A stretch of 64,000 bases of DNA, taken from the NCBI GenBank assembly GCA_002427465.1, contig DIRC01000018.1:3671-67670 (forward strand), read 5' to 3'. The translations under genes were made by a program, and so were the position numbers. Every line of letters begins with the position of its first letter. Position 1 is the first letter of the stretch. The stretch is from Clostridiales bacterium UBA5446. Its GTDB lineage: Bacteria > Bacillota > Clostridia > Oscillospirales > Oscillospiraceae. Shown here in pieces: positions 46,422-55,155 of the stretch. The notes under the pieces are model-generated. The model worked only from the letters and a program-made list of their open reading frames with translations. It was not told the origin of the DNA and made no database searches.

Positions 46422-47171
46422 TTAATTCGCTTCGGCGGCCTCGTCGGCAGTTTCCTTCGCTATGGCATCATCGGCGGCAGCGTTATCGGCACCCTGACGT
46501 CCTTCCTGGACGGCGTTCGCCATGGTCTGGCAGATCAGCTTAATGGCGCGGATCGCGTCGTCATTGGCGGGAATGATATGATCGACCTCATCCGGGTCGC
46601 AGTTGGTGTCAACGATGGCGATGATGGGGATACCGAGTTTGCGGGCCTCGGCAATAGCGTTATGCTCCTTCCGGGAGTCGATAACGAACAGTGCGCCGGG
46701 GAGCCTTTTCATATCCTTGACGCCGCCGAGATATTTTTCAAGCTTCTGCATCTCGCCCATGAGTTTCAGCACTTCCTTTTTGGGAAGCATGTCGAAGGTG
46801 CCGTCTTCCTGCATCTTCTTTAGTTGGGCAAGACGGTCGATGCGTGTGCGCATGGTCTTGAAGTTGGTGAGCATACCGCCCAGCCAGCGTGCGTTGACAT
46901 AGTATTGGCCGACCCGCTCGGCCTCTTCCTTGACCGTGTCGGCGGCCTGCTTTTTTGTGCCGACAAAAAGAATGTTCTGGCCGTTTTCGGACAACTGGCG
47001 CACGAAGTTATAGGATTCCTCCAGCTTTTTCACGGTTTTCTGCAGGTCAATGATATAGATGCCGTTGCGCTCGCAGTAGATATATTCGGCCATCTTGGGG
47101 TTCCACCTGCGGGTCTGGTGACCGAAGTGCACGCCTGCTTCCAAAAGCTGTTTCATAGATACGACTGCCAT
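46422..47171 (-). CDS. rpsB: 30S ribosomal protein S2
   Basis: [27 protein letters not shown]... Confidence 0.98.
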   Translation of the reverse strand: MAVVSMKQLLEAGVHFGHQTRRWNPKMAEYIYCERNGIYIIDLQKTVKKLEESYNFVRQLSENGQNILFVGTKKQAADTVKEEAERVGQYYVNARWLGGMLTNFKTMRTRIDRLAQLKKMQEDGTFDMLPKKEVLKLMGEMQKLEKYLGGVKDMKRLPGALFVIDSRKEHNAIAEARKLGIPIIAIVDTNCDPDEVDHIIPANDDAIRAIKLICQTMANAVQEGRQGADNAAADDAIAKETADEAAEAN

Positions 47172-47326
47172 TACGATTGTTCCTCCTTGTTTTGTTTGTT
47201 ATTCCTCCGGACGGCTTCACTCTTACGACCCAGCGCCGCCCTTCCGCGGGCGGGGCCACAGGGTCGCGCGTCTGCTGCCCGTGCGTAATGCCCTGATATT
47301 ATACCAAAAGCTCCCGCGTATTGCAA
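47172..47326 (-). promoter_or_regulatory. rpsB promoter plus about 125-nt GC-rich structured leader
   Basis: On the minus strand: TTGCAA (47326-47321), 17 bp, TATAAT (47303-47298). The leader contains nested stems (GACCC...GGGTC and CCGCCC-gcggaa-GGGCGG). SD AAGGAGGA. Confidence 0.6.
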
Positions 47327-47352
47327 GAGCTTTTTCAATATATAGATTGATA

Positions 47353-47634
47353 TCAGTAAAAAGTCTGACGTTTTTCCCGTCTTCTTCGGGCAGGCTCACG
47401 TTCCAGGTTGACGAGAATGATGTCGTCGCCCAGCCGGGATATCTGGTTCCACGGGAGTACATAGTCGTCGTCGCGCCCCAGAAGGCCCCCCACCCGCCCT
47501 TGGCCGGGGACAATAAGGGACAAAATCCGCCCCTCAACGGGATCGATTTCGGCGTCGTAAACATAACCCAGACGCTGCCCGGAGTGCAGATCGATCACTT
47601 CCTTGTAGCGCAGGTCGGAAAACAGATTGGACAT
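47353..47634 (-). CDS. ylmC: YlmC/YmxH-family sporulation protein (PRC-barrel)
   Basis: MSNLFSDLRYKEVIDLHSGQRLGYVYDAEIDPVEGRILSLIVPG...VLPWNQISRLGDDIILV. SD GAGGTGAGG. The track ORF start at 47805 is rejected. Confidence 0.88.
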   Translation of the reverse strand: MSNLFSDLRYKEVIDLHSGQRLGYVYDAEIDPVEGRILSLIVPGQGRVGGLLGRDDDYVLPWNQISRLGDDIILVNLEREPARRRREKRQTFY

Positions 47635-47674
47635 AACCTCACCTCGATGCAAGATTATGCGGCCTGCGTGGTTT

Positions 47675-48460
47675 CTATGAAATGAAAATATTCTTTTTGA
47701 TCTGGTTGATTGCATTTTTTTCCAGACGGGAGACCTGCGCCTGGGAGATGTTGATCTCGTTGGCAACTTCCATCTGAGTTTTTCCGTCATAAAAGCGCAG
47801 GGCAAGGATCCGCTTTTCCCGTTCGCCCAGCCGGGCGATGGCGTCCGAGAGCGCCAGCTTTTCCAGCCAATGCTCGTCCGTGTTGCGGTCGTCCCCGATC
47901 TGATCCATGATGCAGATGCTTTCGCCGCCGTCGGTGTACACCGGTTCGAACAGGGAAACCGGGTCGCTGATGGCGTCCATGGAGAACACGACTTCCTCGC
48001 GCTTTATGCCGAGATGCTTCGCAATCTCATCCACATTGGGCTCCTTTCCCGTGTCGCCGGTCAGCTTTTCCTTTGCCTGGAGCACCTTATACGCGGTGTC
48101 CCGCATTGAGCGGGATACCCGCACGGAGCTGTTGTCCCGGAGATAGCGGCGGATCTCCCCGGCGATCATGGGCACGCCGTAGGTGGAAAACCGCACGTTC
48201 TGGGAGGTGTCAAAATTATCTATCGCCTTGATGAGTCCGATGCATCCGACCTGGAAGAGATCATCTACGTTCTCTCCGCGGCCCGAAAATTTCTGTATGA
48301 CGGACAAAACGAGTCTCAGGTTGCCATGAATCAACTTTTCGCGCGCCTGCCGGTCCCCTGATTTGGCTTTCTTAAGCAGCATTTGGGTCTCATCGTTTTT
48401 TAGAAGCGGCAGCTTCGCTGTATTGACTCCGCATATCTCCACCTTGCCATGCAAGAGCAA
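47675..48460 (-). CDS. sigG: Sporulation sigma factor SigG (TTG start at 48460 or 48454)
   Basis: KVEICGVNTAKLPLLKNDE...NLRLVLSVIQKFSGRGENVDDLFQVGCIGLIKAIDNFD...ISQAQVSRLEK is close to B. subtilis SigG along its whole length, from recollection. Confidence 0.9.
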   Translation of the reverse strand: MLLHGKVEICGVNTAKLPLLKNDETQMLLKKAKSGDRQAREKLIHGNLRLVLSVIQKFSGRGENVDDLFQVGCIGLIKAIDNFDTSQNVRFSTYGVPMIAGEIRRYLRDNSSVRVSRSMRDTAYKVLQAKEKLTGDTGKEPNVDEIAKHLGIKREEVVFSMDAISDPVSLFEPVYTDGGESICIMDQIGDDRNTDEHWLEKLALSDAIARLGEREKRILALRFYDGKTQMEVANEINISQAQVSRLEKNAINQIKKNIFIS

Positions 48461-48483
48461 AACCCCTTTAACCGAAGTAGAAG

Positions 48484-48513
48484 TAGTCTTTCCGGCAAAA
48501 CGCTTTTTGATAC
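48484..48513 (-). promoter_or_regulatory. Forespore (sigma-F/G type) promoter candidate upstream of sigG
   Basis: The minus strand reads GTATC-15 nt-GGAAAGACTA. The remembered sigma-F consensus is GYATA-N15-GGnRAYAMTW. Confidence 0.4.
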
Positions 48514-48633
48514 AAGCGCCGGAATAAACCCCGGGCCGCTTCCAGTTTTCCGGCGAATTTGCAGGATTTGTTGTTAATCCTGATATTTGGTGGTATACTC
48601 TGCCGAGGAGATATTGAAAGAAGGATTCTCGAC

Positions 48634-49071
48634 ATGAAAAAAATACTGACGGCGTTTTTCGACTTGCGTTTTCTCCGATTCTGCCTTGTGGGGGCCTTAA
48701 ATACGGCGGTTGGCGCGGGGATCATGTTCGGGCTGTATAACCTTGCGGGTGTCTCTTACTGGCCGGCAACAGCGGCAAACTATATCCTTACCAGCATCCT
48801 CAGCTTTTTTCTGAACAAGCACTTCACCTTTCGTGCGGGGGGAGACGGCTGGGGACAGGCTGTGCGCTTTGCCGGCAATATCGCCGTGTGCTATGGCGTT
48901 GCGTATGCCGTGGCCAAGCCCCTGGCGTACAGGCTGCTGGACGGCGCGTCCGCATCCATACGCGATAACGTGGCGATGATGACGGGGATGATCATCTTTA
49001 CGGGGCTGAATTATATCGGCCAGCGCTTTTTTACCTTTGCCCAGGGCGGAAATGCGGAAAAAGGGGCTTGA
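48634..49071 (+). CDS. GtrA-family membrane protein
   Basis: MKKILTAFFDLRFLRFCLVGALNTAVGAGIMF... with four hydrophobic segments typical of GtrA. Confidence 0.8.
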   Translation: MKKILTAFFDLRFLRFCLVGALNTAVGAGIMFGLYNLAGVSYWPATAANYILTSILSFFLNKHFTFRAGGDGWGQAVRFAGNIAVCYGVAYAVAKPLAYRLLDGASASIRDNVAMMTGMIIFTGLNYIGQRFFTFAQGGNAEKGA

Positions 49072-49079
49072 CAAATCCG

Positions 49080-49245
49080 TGCTGAACTGATATTTTTATA
49101 TAGCGCTCCAAAGACAGCAGGCGGCGAAAGCGGAAGCCCTGCCGAGGACGGCATATCGATATGATTGCTTTCTGTCTCCGTGTCTTACGCACGGGGATAT
49201 TTTTTTTGGGCGTGACCATTATCACTACGGAGGTGAAACACAAGA
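49080..49245 (+). promoter_or_regulatory. rplJ leader (L10-leader type autoregulatory RNA with terminator-like hairpin)
   Basis: About 165-nt non-coding leader directly upstream of rplJ. It ends in hairpin CTCCGTG-tcttacg-CACGGGG followed by ATATTTTTTTT (49176-49208). Position and architecture match the Firmicute L10 leader. No covariance model was run. Confidence 0.6.
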
Positions 49246-49773
49246 ATGCCGAACGCAAAGATTCTGAGTGAAAAGCAGGCGATAGTTGAGGCGCTTGCCA
49301 AGCGCATCGGAGGAGCCAGCGCCGGCGTGCTCATCGATTACAAGGGCATTACGGTGGCGGAGGACTCCAAGCTGCGCCGCGAGCTGACGACGAACGGCGT
49401 CGAGTACAGCGTTGTCAAGAACACGCTGACCAGGTTTGCCGTCGAAAAGCTCGGGCTGGGCGGTCTGGGTCCTGTTCTGAACGGAACGACCTCTATGGCC
49501 ACCGGCACAGAGGATCCCATCGCTCCGATCCGCATCGTCAGCGAGTATTCCCGCAAAATGGGCGACAGGTTCAACATCAAAGCCGCCTTCATGGATGGAA
49601 AAATCCTTACGGCTGCAGAGATCGACGAGATATCCAAGCTCCCCGGCAAGGATGCGCTGTATGCCAAGGTGCTTGGCACCATGCTGGCCCCCATTACCAG
49701 TCTTGCAGTTGTTCTGGGCCAGATCGTCGAAAAAAGCGGCGGCGCCGCCCCGGCCCCCGAAGCCGCCGAATGA
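49246..49773 (+). CDS. rplJ: 50S ribosomal protein L10
   Basis: MPNAKILSEKQAIVEALAKRIGGASAGVLIDYKGITVAEDSKLRRELT... SD GGAGGTGA. Confidence 0.97.
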   Translation: MPNAKILSEKQAIVEALAKRIGGASAGVLIDYKGITVAEDSKLRRELTTNGVEYSVVKNTLTRFAVEKLGLGGLGPVLNGTTSMATGTEDPIAPIRIVSEYSRKMGDRFNIKAAFMDGKILTAAEIDEISKLPGKDALYAKVLGTMLAPITSLAVVLGQIVEKSGGAAPAPEAAE

Positions 49774-49810
49774 GCGGCCACACATCTGAAAATTAGGAGG
49801 ATTATTTAAA

Positions 49811-50191
49811 ATGGCAAGCGAAAAAGTAACCGCCATGATCGAGGAGATCAAGGCTCTGTCCGTTCTTGAGCTCTCCGAGCTCGTCCACGCTCTTGAGGAG
49901 ACTTTCGGCGTCTCCGCAGCCGCCGCAGCCGCTCCCGCAGCCGGCGCCGGCGCTGCCGCCGCTCCCGCCGTTGAGGAAAAGACCGAGTTTGACGTCGTCA
50001 TGAAGAGCTTTGGCGCCGAGAAAATTAAGGTCATTAAAGAAGTCCGCGCCATCACCGGTCTGGGTCTCGCAGAGGCAAAGGCTTTGGTTGAAGGCGTGCC
50101 CGCCAAGATTAAAGAGCAGATTTCCAAGGACGAGGCCGAGGCCCTCAAGAAGCAGCTTGAAGGCGTTGGCGCCGAGATCGAGCTTGCGTAA
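49811..50191 (+). CDS. rplL: 50S ribosomal protein L7/L12
   Basis: …[31 protein letters not shown]…[25 protein letters not shown]…. Confidence 0.98.
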   Translation: MASEKVTAMIEEIKALSVLELSELVHALEETFGVSAAAAAAPAAGAGAAAAPAVEEKTEFDVVMKSFGAEKIKVIKEVRAITGLGLAEAKALVEGVPAKIKEQISKDEAEALKKQLEGVGAEIELA

Positions 50192-50210
50192 CTGAAGAAT
50201 TATGAAAATA

Positions 50211-50243
50211 AAAACCCGAACGGGGTATCCCGTCCGGGTTTTA
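50211..50243 (+). terminator. Intrinsic terminator after rplL
   Basis: AAAACCCGAACGGG-gtat-CCCGTCCGGGTTTT (one mismatch). Confidence 0.8.
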
Positions 50244-50329
50244 TTCGCAAAAAATTTTTAATATGGAATTTGGCAGCCCTTGATTCCCGGCGGAGATGAA
50301 GACTTTTTATAGTAAAAGGGGAGATTGTT

Positions 50330-51685
50330 ATGGAAAACAGGCTGGAAAAGAAATACGGTCTTTTTACTGCGATTGCAATGGTGATCGGAATCGTGATTGG
50401 AAGCGGCGTATTCTTTAAGGCGCCGGCGATATTGAACGCCGCAGGAACCCTGGCAACCGGTATCGCCGCCTGGATCATCGGCGGGGCCATTATGATATTC
50501 TGCGCGGTGGCCTTTGCCGCCATGGGGACAAAGTACGAAAAGGTTAATGGCATTGTCGATTACGCGGAAGCGGCGATCGGCAGGCGATATGGGTATTTTA
50601 TCGGCTGGTTTATGGCGACGATTTACTACCCGTCCCTCACCGGAGTTCTGGCATATGTATCCGCCATATATTTCTGTATGCTGACGGGCTGGATAGGCAA
50701 TCCTGCCGCCGTATGGGCGGTGTCCGCGATTTTCCTGGCCCTGAGCTTTCTTCTGAACTCTTTGGCGCCAAGGCTTGCCGGCAAATGGCAGGTTTCCACA
50801 ACGCTGATTAAGCTGGTGCCGCTGGTGGCCATGGCGGTTGGCGGTATCATTTACGGACTTGGCTCAGGAAACCTGACCACCAATTTCCATATGACGATGG
50901 AAAATGCGGGCGGCAGCGGAAATCCGCTTTTCTACGGGGTCGTGGCCACTTCGTTTGCCTATGAAGGCTGGATCATCGCCACCTCCATCAATTCCGAAAT
51001 CAAGAATGCGAAGAAGACCCTTCCTCTGGCCCTTGTGCTGGGCGGAATTGTCATTGTAGTCATCTATCTGGTCTACTTCATCGGCATTGCCGGCGGCGTG
51101 GAACTGTCTGTTCTTTCCGACAAGTCCGGAGTTGAGGTTGCCTATGAAAACGTGTTCGGCAAGGCTATCGGAACCGTGCTTACCGCGTTTATCACCATAT
51201 CCTGCCTCGGCACCCTTAACGGCCTGACCATGGGCTGTACCCGGGGAATCTACTCTATCGCGGTTCGTGGGGAAGGCCCGGCAATCGCACTCTTCAGCAA
51301 GGTTTCGCCCAAATACAAGATGCCCATGGCATCCTGCGTTTTTGGATTCGTCATGGCTTTTGCCTTTATGGCGTACTTTCTGCCCATCGATTACAATGGT
51401 CTTTACGGTCAGGGCGGAGGCTTCTTCTTCGACGTTTCCGAACTGCCCATCATCACGATCTACGCTATGTATATCCCCATATTTATACGGGTGATTTTGC
51501 GGGAAAAAGCATTTGGCACGGCCACGCGCTTTGTTTTCCCGACGCTGGCTATCTGCGGCTGCCTGTTTATGGTGACGGCCGCTGTGGATAAATTTCGCTA
51601 CAGCGGGCTTTGGCAGTATCTGCTGATTTTCGCTGCCGTAATGGCGCTGGGTATGGTCTTCTACCGGAAACTCGAGCAAAAGTAG
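50330..51685 (+). CDS. APC-superfamily amino-acid permease
   Basis: 451 aa, about 12 TM segments. N-terminal …LFTAIAMVIGIVIGSGVFFK… signature. Confidence 0.88.
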   Translation: MENRLEKKYGLFTAIAMVIGIVIGSGVFFKAPAILNAAGTLATGIAAWIIGGAIMIFCAVAFAAMGTKYEKVNGIVDYAEAAIGRRYGYFIGWFMATIYYPSLTGVLAYVSAIYFCMLTGWIGNPAAVWAVSAIFLALSFLLNSLAPRLAGKWQVSTTLIKLVPLVAMAVGGIIYGLGSGNLTTNFHMTMENAGGSGNPLFYGVVATSFAYEGWIIATSINSEIKNAKKTLPLALVLGGIVIVVIYLVYFIGIAGGVELSVLSDKSGVEVAYENVFGKAIGTVLTAFITISCLGTLNGLTMGCTRGIYSIAVRGEGPAIALFSKVSPKYKMPMASCVFGFVMAFAFMAYFLPIDYNGLYGQGGGFFFDVSELPIITIYAMYIPIFIRVILREKAFGTATRFVFPTLAICGCLFMVTAAVDKFRYSGLWQYLLIFAAVMALGMVFYRKLEQK

Positions 51686-51691
51686 CATAAG

Positions 51692-51720
51692 AGAGCGCCC
51701 CGGCTTGGCCGGGGCGCTCT
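51692..51720. terminator. 12-bp GC-rich hairpin between convergent genes
   Basis: AGAGCGCCCCGG-cttgg-CCGGGGCGCTCT. Confidence 0.6.
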
Positions 51721-51748
51721 TATACTGCCTGGGTTCGCCGGCGGAGTG

Positions 51749-52831
51749 TCAGTCGGCGGAGGAGGCGTATTCCTCATATCCGTATTCATATCCGATTGTG
51801 AGATTGGCGCCGGTGAAGCTGCCGTCCAGCTTTGAGAGGGTGCGCGTGTACTGTTCGGAGCCTTCCTCATAGGGGACCGGCTGATAATTGTTTCCGTTTT
51901 CCACACCGGAGGATGCGCAGGGAATGATCTCCAAACCCGTCATGGAGATTGTGCCGTCCACATCGCGCTGCACGGTGATTTTGGCGATACAGGTGTCCTT
52001 ATCCCGGGGATTGGTATTGCCGCCGAAGGACCAGTTGCCCATGCTGTAGAATATGTAGCGGCCATTATATTTTTCCATGGGCTGGAGGGTGTGAGGGTGG
52101 GAGCCGTAAACAATGTCCGCCCCCGCGTCTATAGCGGCGTGGCCCTGCCGGGTCTGATCCGCGTTGATGTCATAAGAACCCTCGTCACCCCAATGGAGCG
52201 CCGCAATGATGAACTCGGCCCCCTCCTCCTTCAGGGCTGCTATCCCGGACTCGATTTGGTCAACGGTTCCGAAGCTGGCGGCGTATATGCCGATCTTAAG
52301 CCCATTGTCGGTGGTGAAGATGGTGTGCTCATCCCGGCCGGCATAGGCGACGCCGGCGGCGTCCAGGGTGTTCTTGGTGTCCAGGTAACCCTGTTCGCCG
52401 TAATCCAGCACGTGGTTGTTGCCCAGGGTAACGAATTCCACGGAGCCTCCCGTGAGTATGTTTACATAATCCGGCGGAGCCCGGAAAATGAAATTCTTTG
52501 CCGCGGGCACGTCGTAGTCTGAAAGGACGCATTCAAAATTGGCCATGGTAAAGTCGTCGCCCTCAAAATACTGGAGGGTCTTGGCGAAGACATAATCGTA
52601 ATCCTCGCCGACGACGGACTGATAGGAGACCGGGGAGCCGTGATAAAAGGGGACGCTGTCGGGGGTGATGTCCCCAATCAGGGAAAGCGTGTATGCCACC
52701 GGCGTAGGCTCAGGCGTAGGCTCCGGCGTGGGCTCCGGCGCAGGTTCCGGCGTGGGTGACTCCGCCAGAGTCTCCGGGGTGGGCGTCGGGGCCGCATAGG
52801 CATCGCCGGCAAAATGGAAGCTGCCGCCCAA
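51749..52831 (-). CDS. CapA-family (PGA_cap, metallophosphatase-like) protein. The annotated TTG start is doubtful (see finding).
   Basis: …SLIGDITP…, …TLGNHVLDYG…, …ALHWGDEGSY…, …VYGSHPHTLQP…, …YSMGNWSFGG… Pro/Glu/Thr linker (PEPTPEPTPEPTP) near the N-terminus. Confidence 0.82.
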   Translation of the reverse strand: MGGSFHFAGDAYAAPTPTPETLAESPTPEPAPEPTPEPTPEPTPVAYTLSLIGDITPDSVPFYHGSPVSYQSVVGEDYDYVFAKTLQYFEGDDFTMANFECVLSDYDVPAAKNFIFRAPPDYVNILTGGSVEFVTLGNNHVLDYGEQGYLDTKNTLDAAGVAYAGRDEHTIFTTDNGLKIGIYAASFGTVDQIESGIAALKEEGAEFIIAALHWGDEGSYDINADQTRQGHAAIDAGADIVYGSHPHTLQPMEKYNGRYIFYSMGNWSFGGNTNPRDKDTCIAKITVQRDVDGTISMTGLEIIPCASSGVENGNNYQPVPYEEGSEQYTRTLSKLDGSFTGANLTIGYEYGYEEYASSAD

Positions 52832-52889
52832 GAGGGAAAAGCCGAGCAGGCATAAAATTGAGATGGTGGAAAGAATCAGCCGTTTCGTT

Positions 52890-53996
52890 TTATTCCCCTG
52901 CTTTCATGGAAAGATAGGCGTTTATAAAGCCGTCTATGTCGCCGTCCATCACGGCGCTGATGTTACCGTTTTCAAAACCGGTCCGGGTATCCTTGGCCAG
53001 GGTATAGGGCATGAATACATAAGAACGGATTTGGCTGCCCCATTCGATCCGCATCTGGACGCCCTTGATGTCCGAGACCTTTTCCAGGTGCTCGCGCTCC
53101 TTGATTTCCGCCAGGCGGGCCCTGAGTATACTCATGCAGTTGTCAAGGTTCTGGAAATGGCTTCTTTCCACCTGGCTGGAAACGACAATGCCTGTGGGGA
53201 TATGGGTCAGGCGTACGGCGCTGGAGGTCTTATTGACTTTCTGCCCGCCTGCGCCGGAGGAACGGAAAACGTCCATCTTGATGTCGTCGTCCCGAAGCTC
53301 GATTTCGCCGGTATCGGTGATTTCGGGCATGACCTCCACCGCGGCGAAGCTGGTGTGCCGGCGGCCCGAGGAATCGAAGGGGGACACGCGTACAAGCCTG
53401 TGCACGCCATTTTCGCTCTTGAGATAGCCGTAGGCGTTTTCGCCGGAAATTTTTATTGTAGCGGACTTTATGCCGGCTTCCTCGCCGTCCAGCCAGTCCA
53501 GCAGGGTATAGGAATACCCATGGCGCTCGGCCCAGCGGGTATACATCCGGTACAGCATACTTGCCCAGTCCTGGGCTTCCGTGCCGCCTGCGCCGGCATG
53601 AAAGGTGAGGATGGCGTTGTTGGCGTCGTACTCACCGGAAAGAAGGGTGCTCAGGCGCATGTCCTCAAGATCCGTCTCAAGGGCGGCATATTCCCCGATC
53701 AGCTCGGGCAGCATGGACGCGTCGTTTTCTTCCAGGGCCATTTCACAGATGGTGATGAGGTCGTCCCATTTGGAGGTGAGCCTCGCGTATTTGCCGCATC
53801 TGTTTTTGAGCTGCTTTATGCGCTTTTGAACCTTCTGGCTGTTTTCGATATCGCTCCAGAAACCATCCTGGGAGCTTTCGGCCTCCAGCGCGGCTATTTC
53901 CCTTTGCGCGTCCTCCAGCTTCAGGGCGGCGCCAAGCTCCCGCAGCTTTGGCTTAAGCGCGTTAAGTTTTATTTTATATTCTTCGAATTCGAGCAT
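52890..53996 (-). CDS. prfB: Peptide chain release factor 2, encoded in a single uninterrupted frame
   Basis: …FHAGAGGTEAQDWA…, SPF tripeptide (RVSPFDS), GGQ motif (RSSGAGGQKVNKT). GGAG SD before the ATG at 53996. An upstream in-frame GTG at 54008 is the alternative start. Confidence 0.95.
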   Translation of the reverse strand: MLEFEEYKIKLNALKPKLRELGAALKLEDAQREIAALEAESSQDGFWSDIENSQKVQKRIKQLKNRCGKYARLTSKWDDLITICEMALEENDASMLPELIGEYAALETDLEDMRLSTLLSGEYDANNAILTFHAGAGGTEAQDWASMLYRMYTRWAERHGYSYTLLDWLDGEEAGIKSATIKISGENAYGYLKSENGVHRLVRVSPFDSSGRRHTSFAAVEVMPEITDTGEIELRDDDIKMDVFRSSGAGGQKVNKTSSAVRLTHIPTGIVVSSQVERSHFQNLDNCMSILRARLAEIKEREHLEKVSDIKGVQMRIEWGSQIRSYVFMPYTLAKDTRTGFENGNISAVMDGDIDGFINAYLSMKAGE

Positions 53997-54015
53997 AAGT
54001 CTCCACACCTTAAGA

Positions 54016-54039
54016 AAAAATCACTATAAAAATCACTAT
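54016..54039. repeat. Perfect 12-nt tandem repeat x2 in the prfB 5' UTR
   Basis: Plus strand AAAAATCACTAT AAAAATCACTAT (minus strand ATAGTGATTTTT x2). Confidence 0.9.
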
Positions 54040-54042
54040 GTT

Positions 54043-54071
54043 ATTATATACAAACTCAGGCGGAATGTAAA
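54043..54071 (-). promoter_or_regulatory. Sigma-A type promoter candidate for prfB
   Basis: Minus strand: TTTACA (54071-54066), 17 bp, TATAAT (54048-54043). Confidence 0.6.
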
Positions 54072-54096
54072 TATGCAAAAACTTGCGCTTTAGACT

Positions 54097-54124
54097 TTGA
54101 ATTTAATGGCGGATTTGCTATAAT
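54097..54124 (+). promoter_or_regulatory. Sigma-A type promoter candidate for prs (extended -10)
   Basis: TTGAAT (54097-54102), 16 bp, TGC-TATAAT (54116-54124). Confidence 0.6.
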
Positions 54125-54166
54125 GACTGGGAAAGGCCTAAGAACATAAAGAGAGGACGATTTCAA

Positions 54167-55129
54167 TTGATTTCTCGTGGCAAAGAGGTAAAGGTATTCA
54201 CGGGCAACGCCAATCCGGCTCTGGCCGGAGCGATTTGCGACAGGCTCAGCAAGAAGCTGGGGGATTGCAGCGTTTCCGCCTTCGCGGACGGCGAGGTGTC
54301 GTTTACACTTGGGGAGCCGGTCCGCGGCGCCGATGCCTTTATCGTTCAGTCAACCTGCAAGCCCGTCAACGACAACCTGATGGAGCTTCTTGTTATGATA
54401 GACGCCATGCGCCGCGCTTCCGCAGGGCGGATAACGGCGGTTATTCCGTATTTTGGGTATGCCCGTCAGGACCGCAAGGCCAAGTCCCGTGATCCGATCT
54501 CGGCCAAGCTTGTGGCCAATCTGATTACAAAGGCCGGAGCGGACAGGGTGCTTACCATGGATCTGCACGCCGCGCAGATACAGGGGTTTTTTGACATTCC
54601 GGTGGATAACCTTTTCGGCGCGCCTCTGCTTGCCGGGTATTATATCGGGAAATTCGGAAAAGGCAACGAGACGTGTATGGCCGTGTCCCCCGATGTGGGC
54701 AGCGTAGCCAGGGCCCGGGCCTTTGCGGAGAAACTGGATATCGGCCTTGCCATCGTGGACAAGCGCCGCCAGAAGGCGAATTCCTCCGAGGTTATGAACA
54801 TCATCGGAGATGTTTCGGGCAAAAGGGTCATTCTGCTAGACGACATGGTCGATACCGCGGGCAGCCTCTGCCATGCGGCTGAGGCTCTGCTGGAAACCGG
54901 CAAGGCAAAGGAGATATACGCCAGCGCAACCCATGGCGTCCTCTCAGGAACCGCGATAGATCGCATAGAAAAAAGCCCGATAAAAGAGCTTGTGCTTCTG
55001 GACACCATCCCGTATCCTAAGGATAAGCCCGCCAGCATCAAGATTAAATACCTTTCCGTCGCGTCCCTGTTTGCAGAGGCGATTGAGCGTATTTATGAGG
55101 AAGTTTCTATTTCGTCGCTTTTTGAGTAA
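54167..55129 (+). CDS. prs: Ribose-phosphate pyrophosphokinase (TTG start)
   Basis: …KVFTGNANPALA…, …GYARQDRK…, PRPP-binding loop …ILLDDMVDTAGSL…. Confidence 0.96.
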   Translation: MISRGKEVKVFTGNANPALAGAICDRLSKKLGDCSVSAFADGEVSFTLGEPVRGADAFIVQSTCKPVNDNLMELLVMIDAMRRASAGRITAVIPYFGYARQDRKAKSRDPISAKLVANLITKAGADRVLTMDLHAAQIQGFFDIPVDNLFGAPLLAGYYIGKFGKGNETCMAVSPDVGSVARARAFAEKLDIGLAIVDKRRQKANSSEVMNIIGDVSGKRVILLDDMVDTAGSLCHAAEALLETGKAKEIYASATHGVLSGTAIDRIEKSPIKELVLLDTIPYPKDKPASIKIKYLSVASLFAEAIERIYEEVSISSLFE

Positions 55130-55155
55130 TCGCCCGGTTTCCCTAGATATGATGT

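Noticed and set aside
53900-53996. Search for the CUU UGA C programmed frameshift site in prfB
   Set aside because: It was looked for in the region aligned to E. coli codons 20-30 and is not present. The gene is a single continuous ORF. This is reported as a finding rather than as a frameshift feature.
52863-54029. 388-aa plus-strand ORF almost exactly co-extensive with prfB
   Set aside because: It is antisense to RF2, which carries the SPF and GGQ motifs. No recognisable domain or SD is present. It is a shadow ORF caused by GC3 codon bias.
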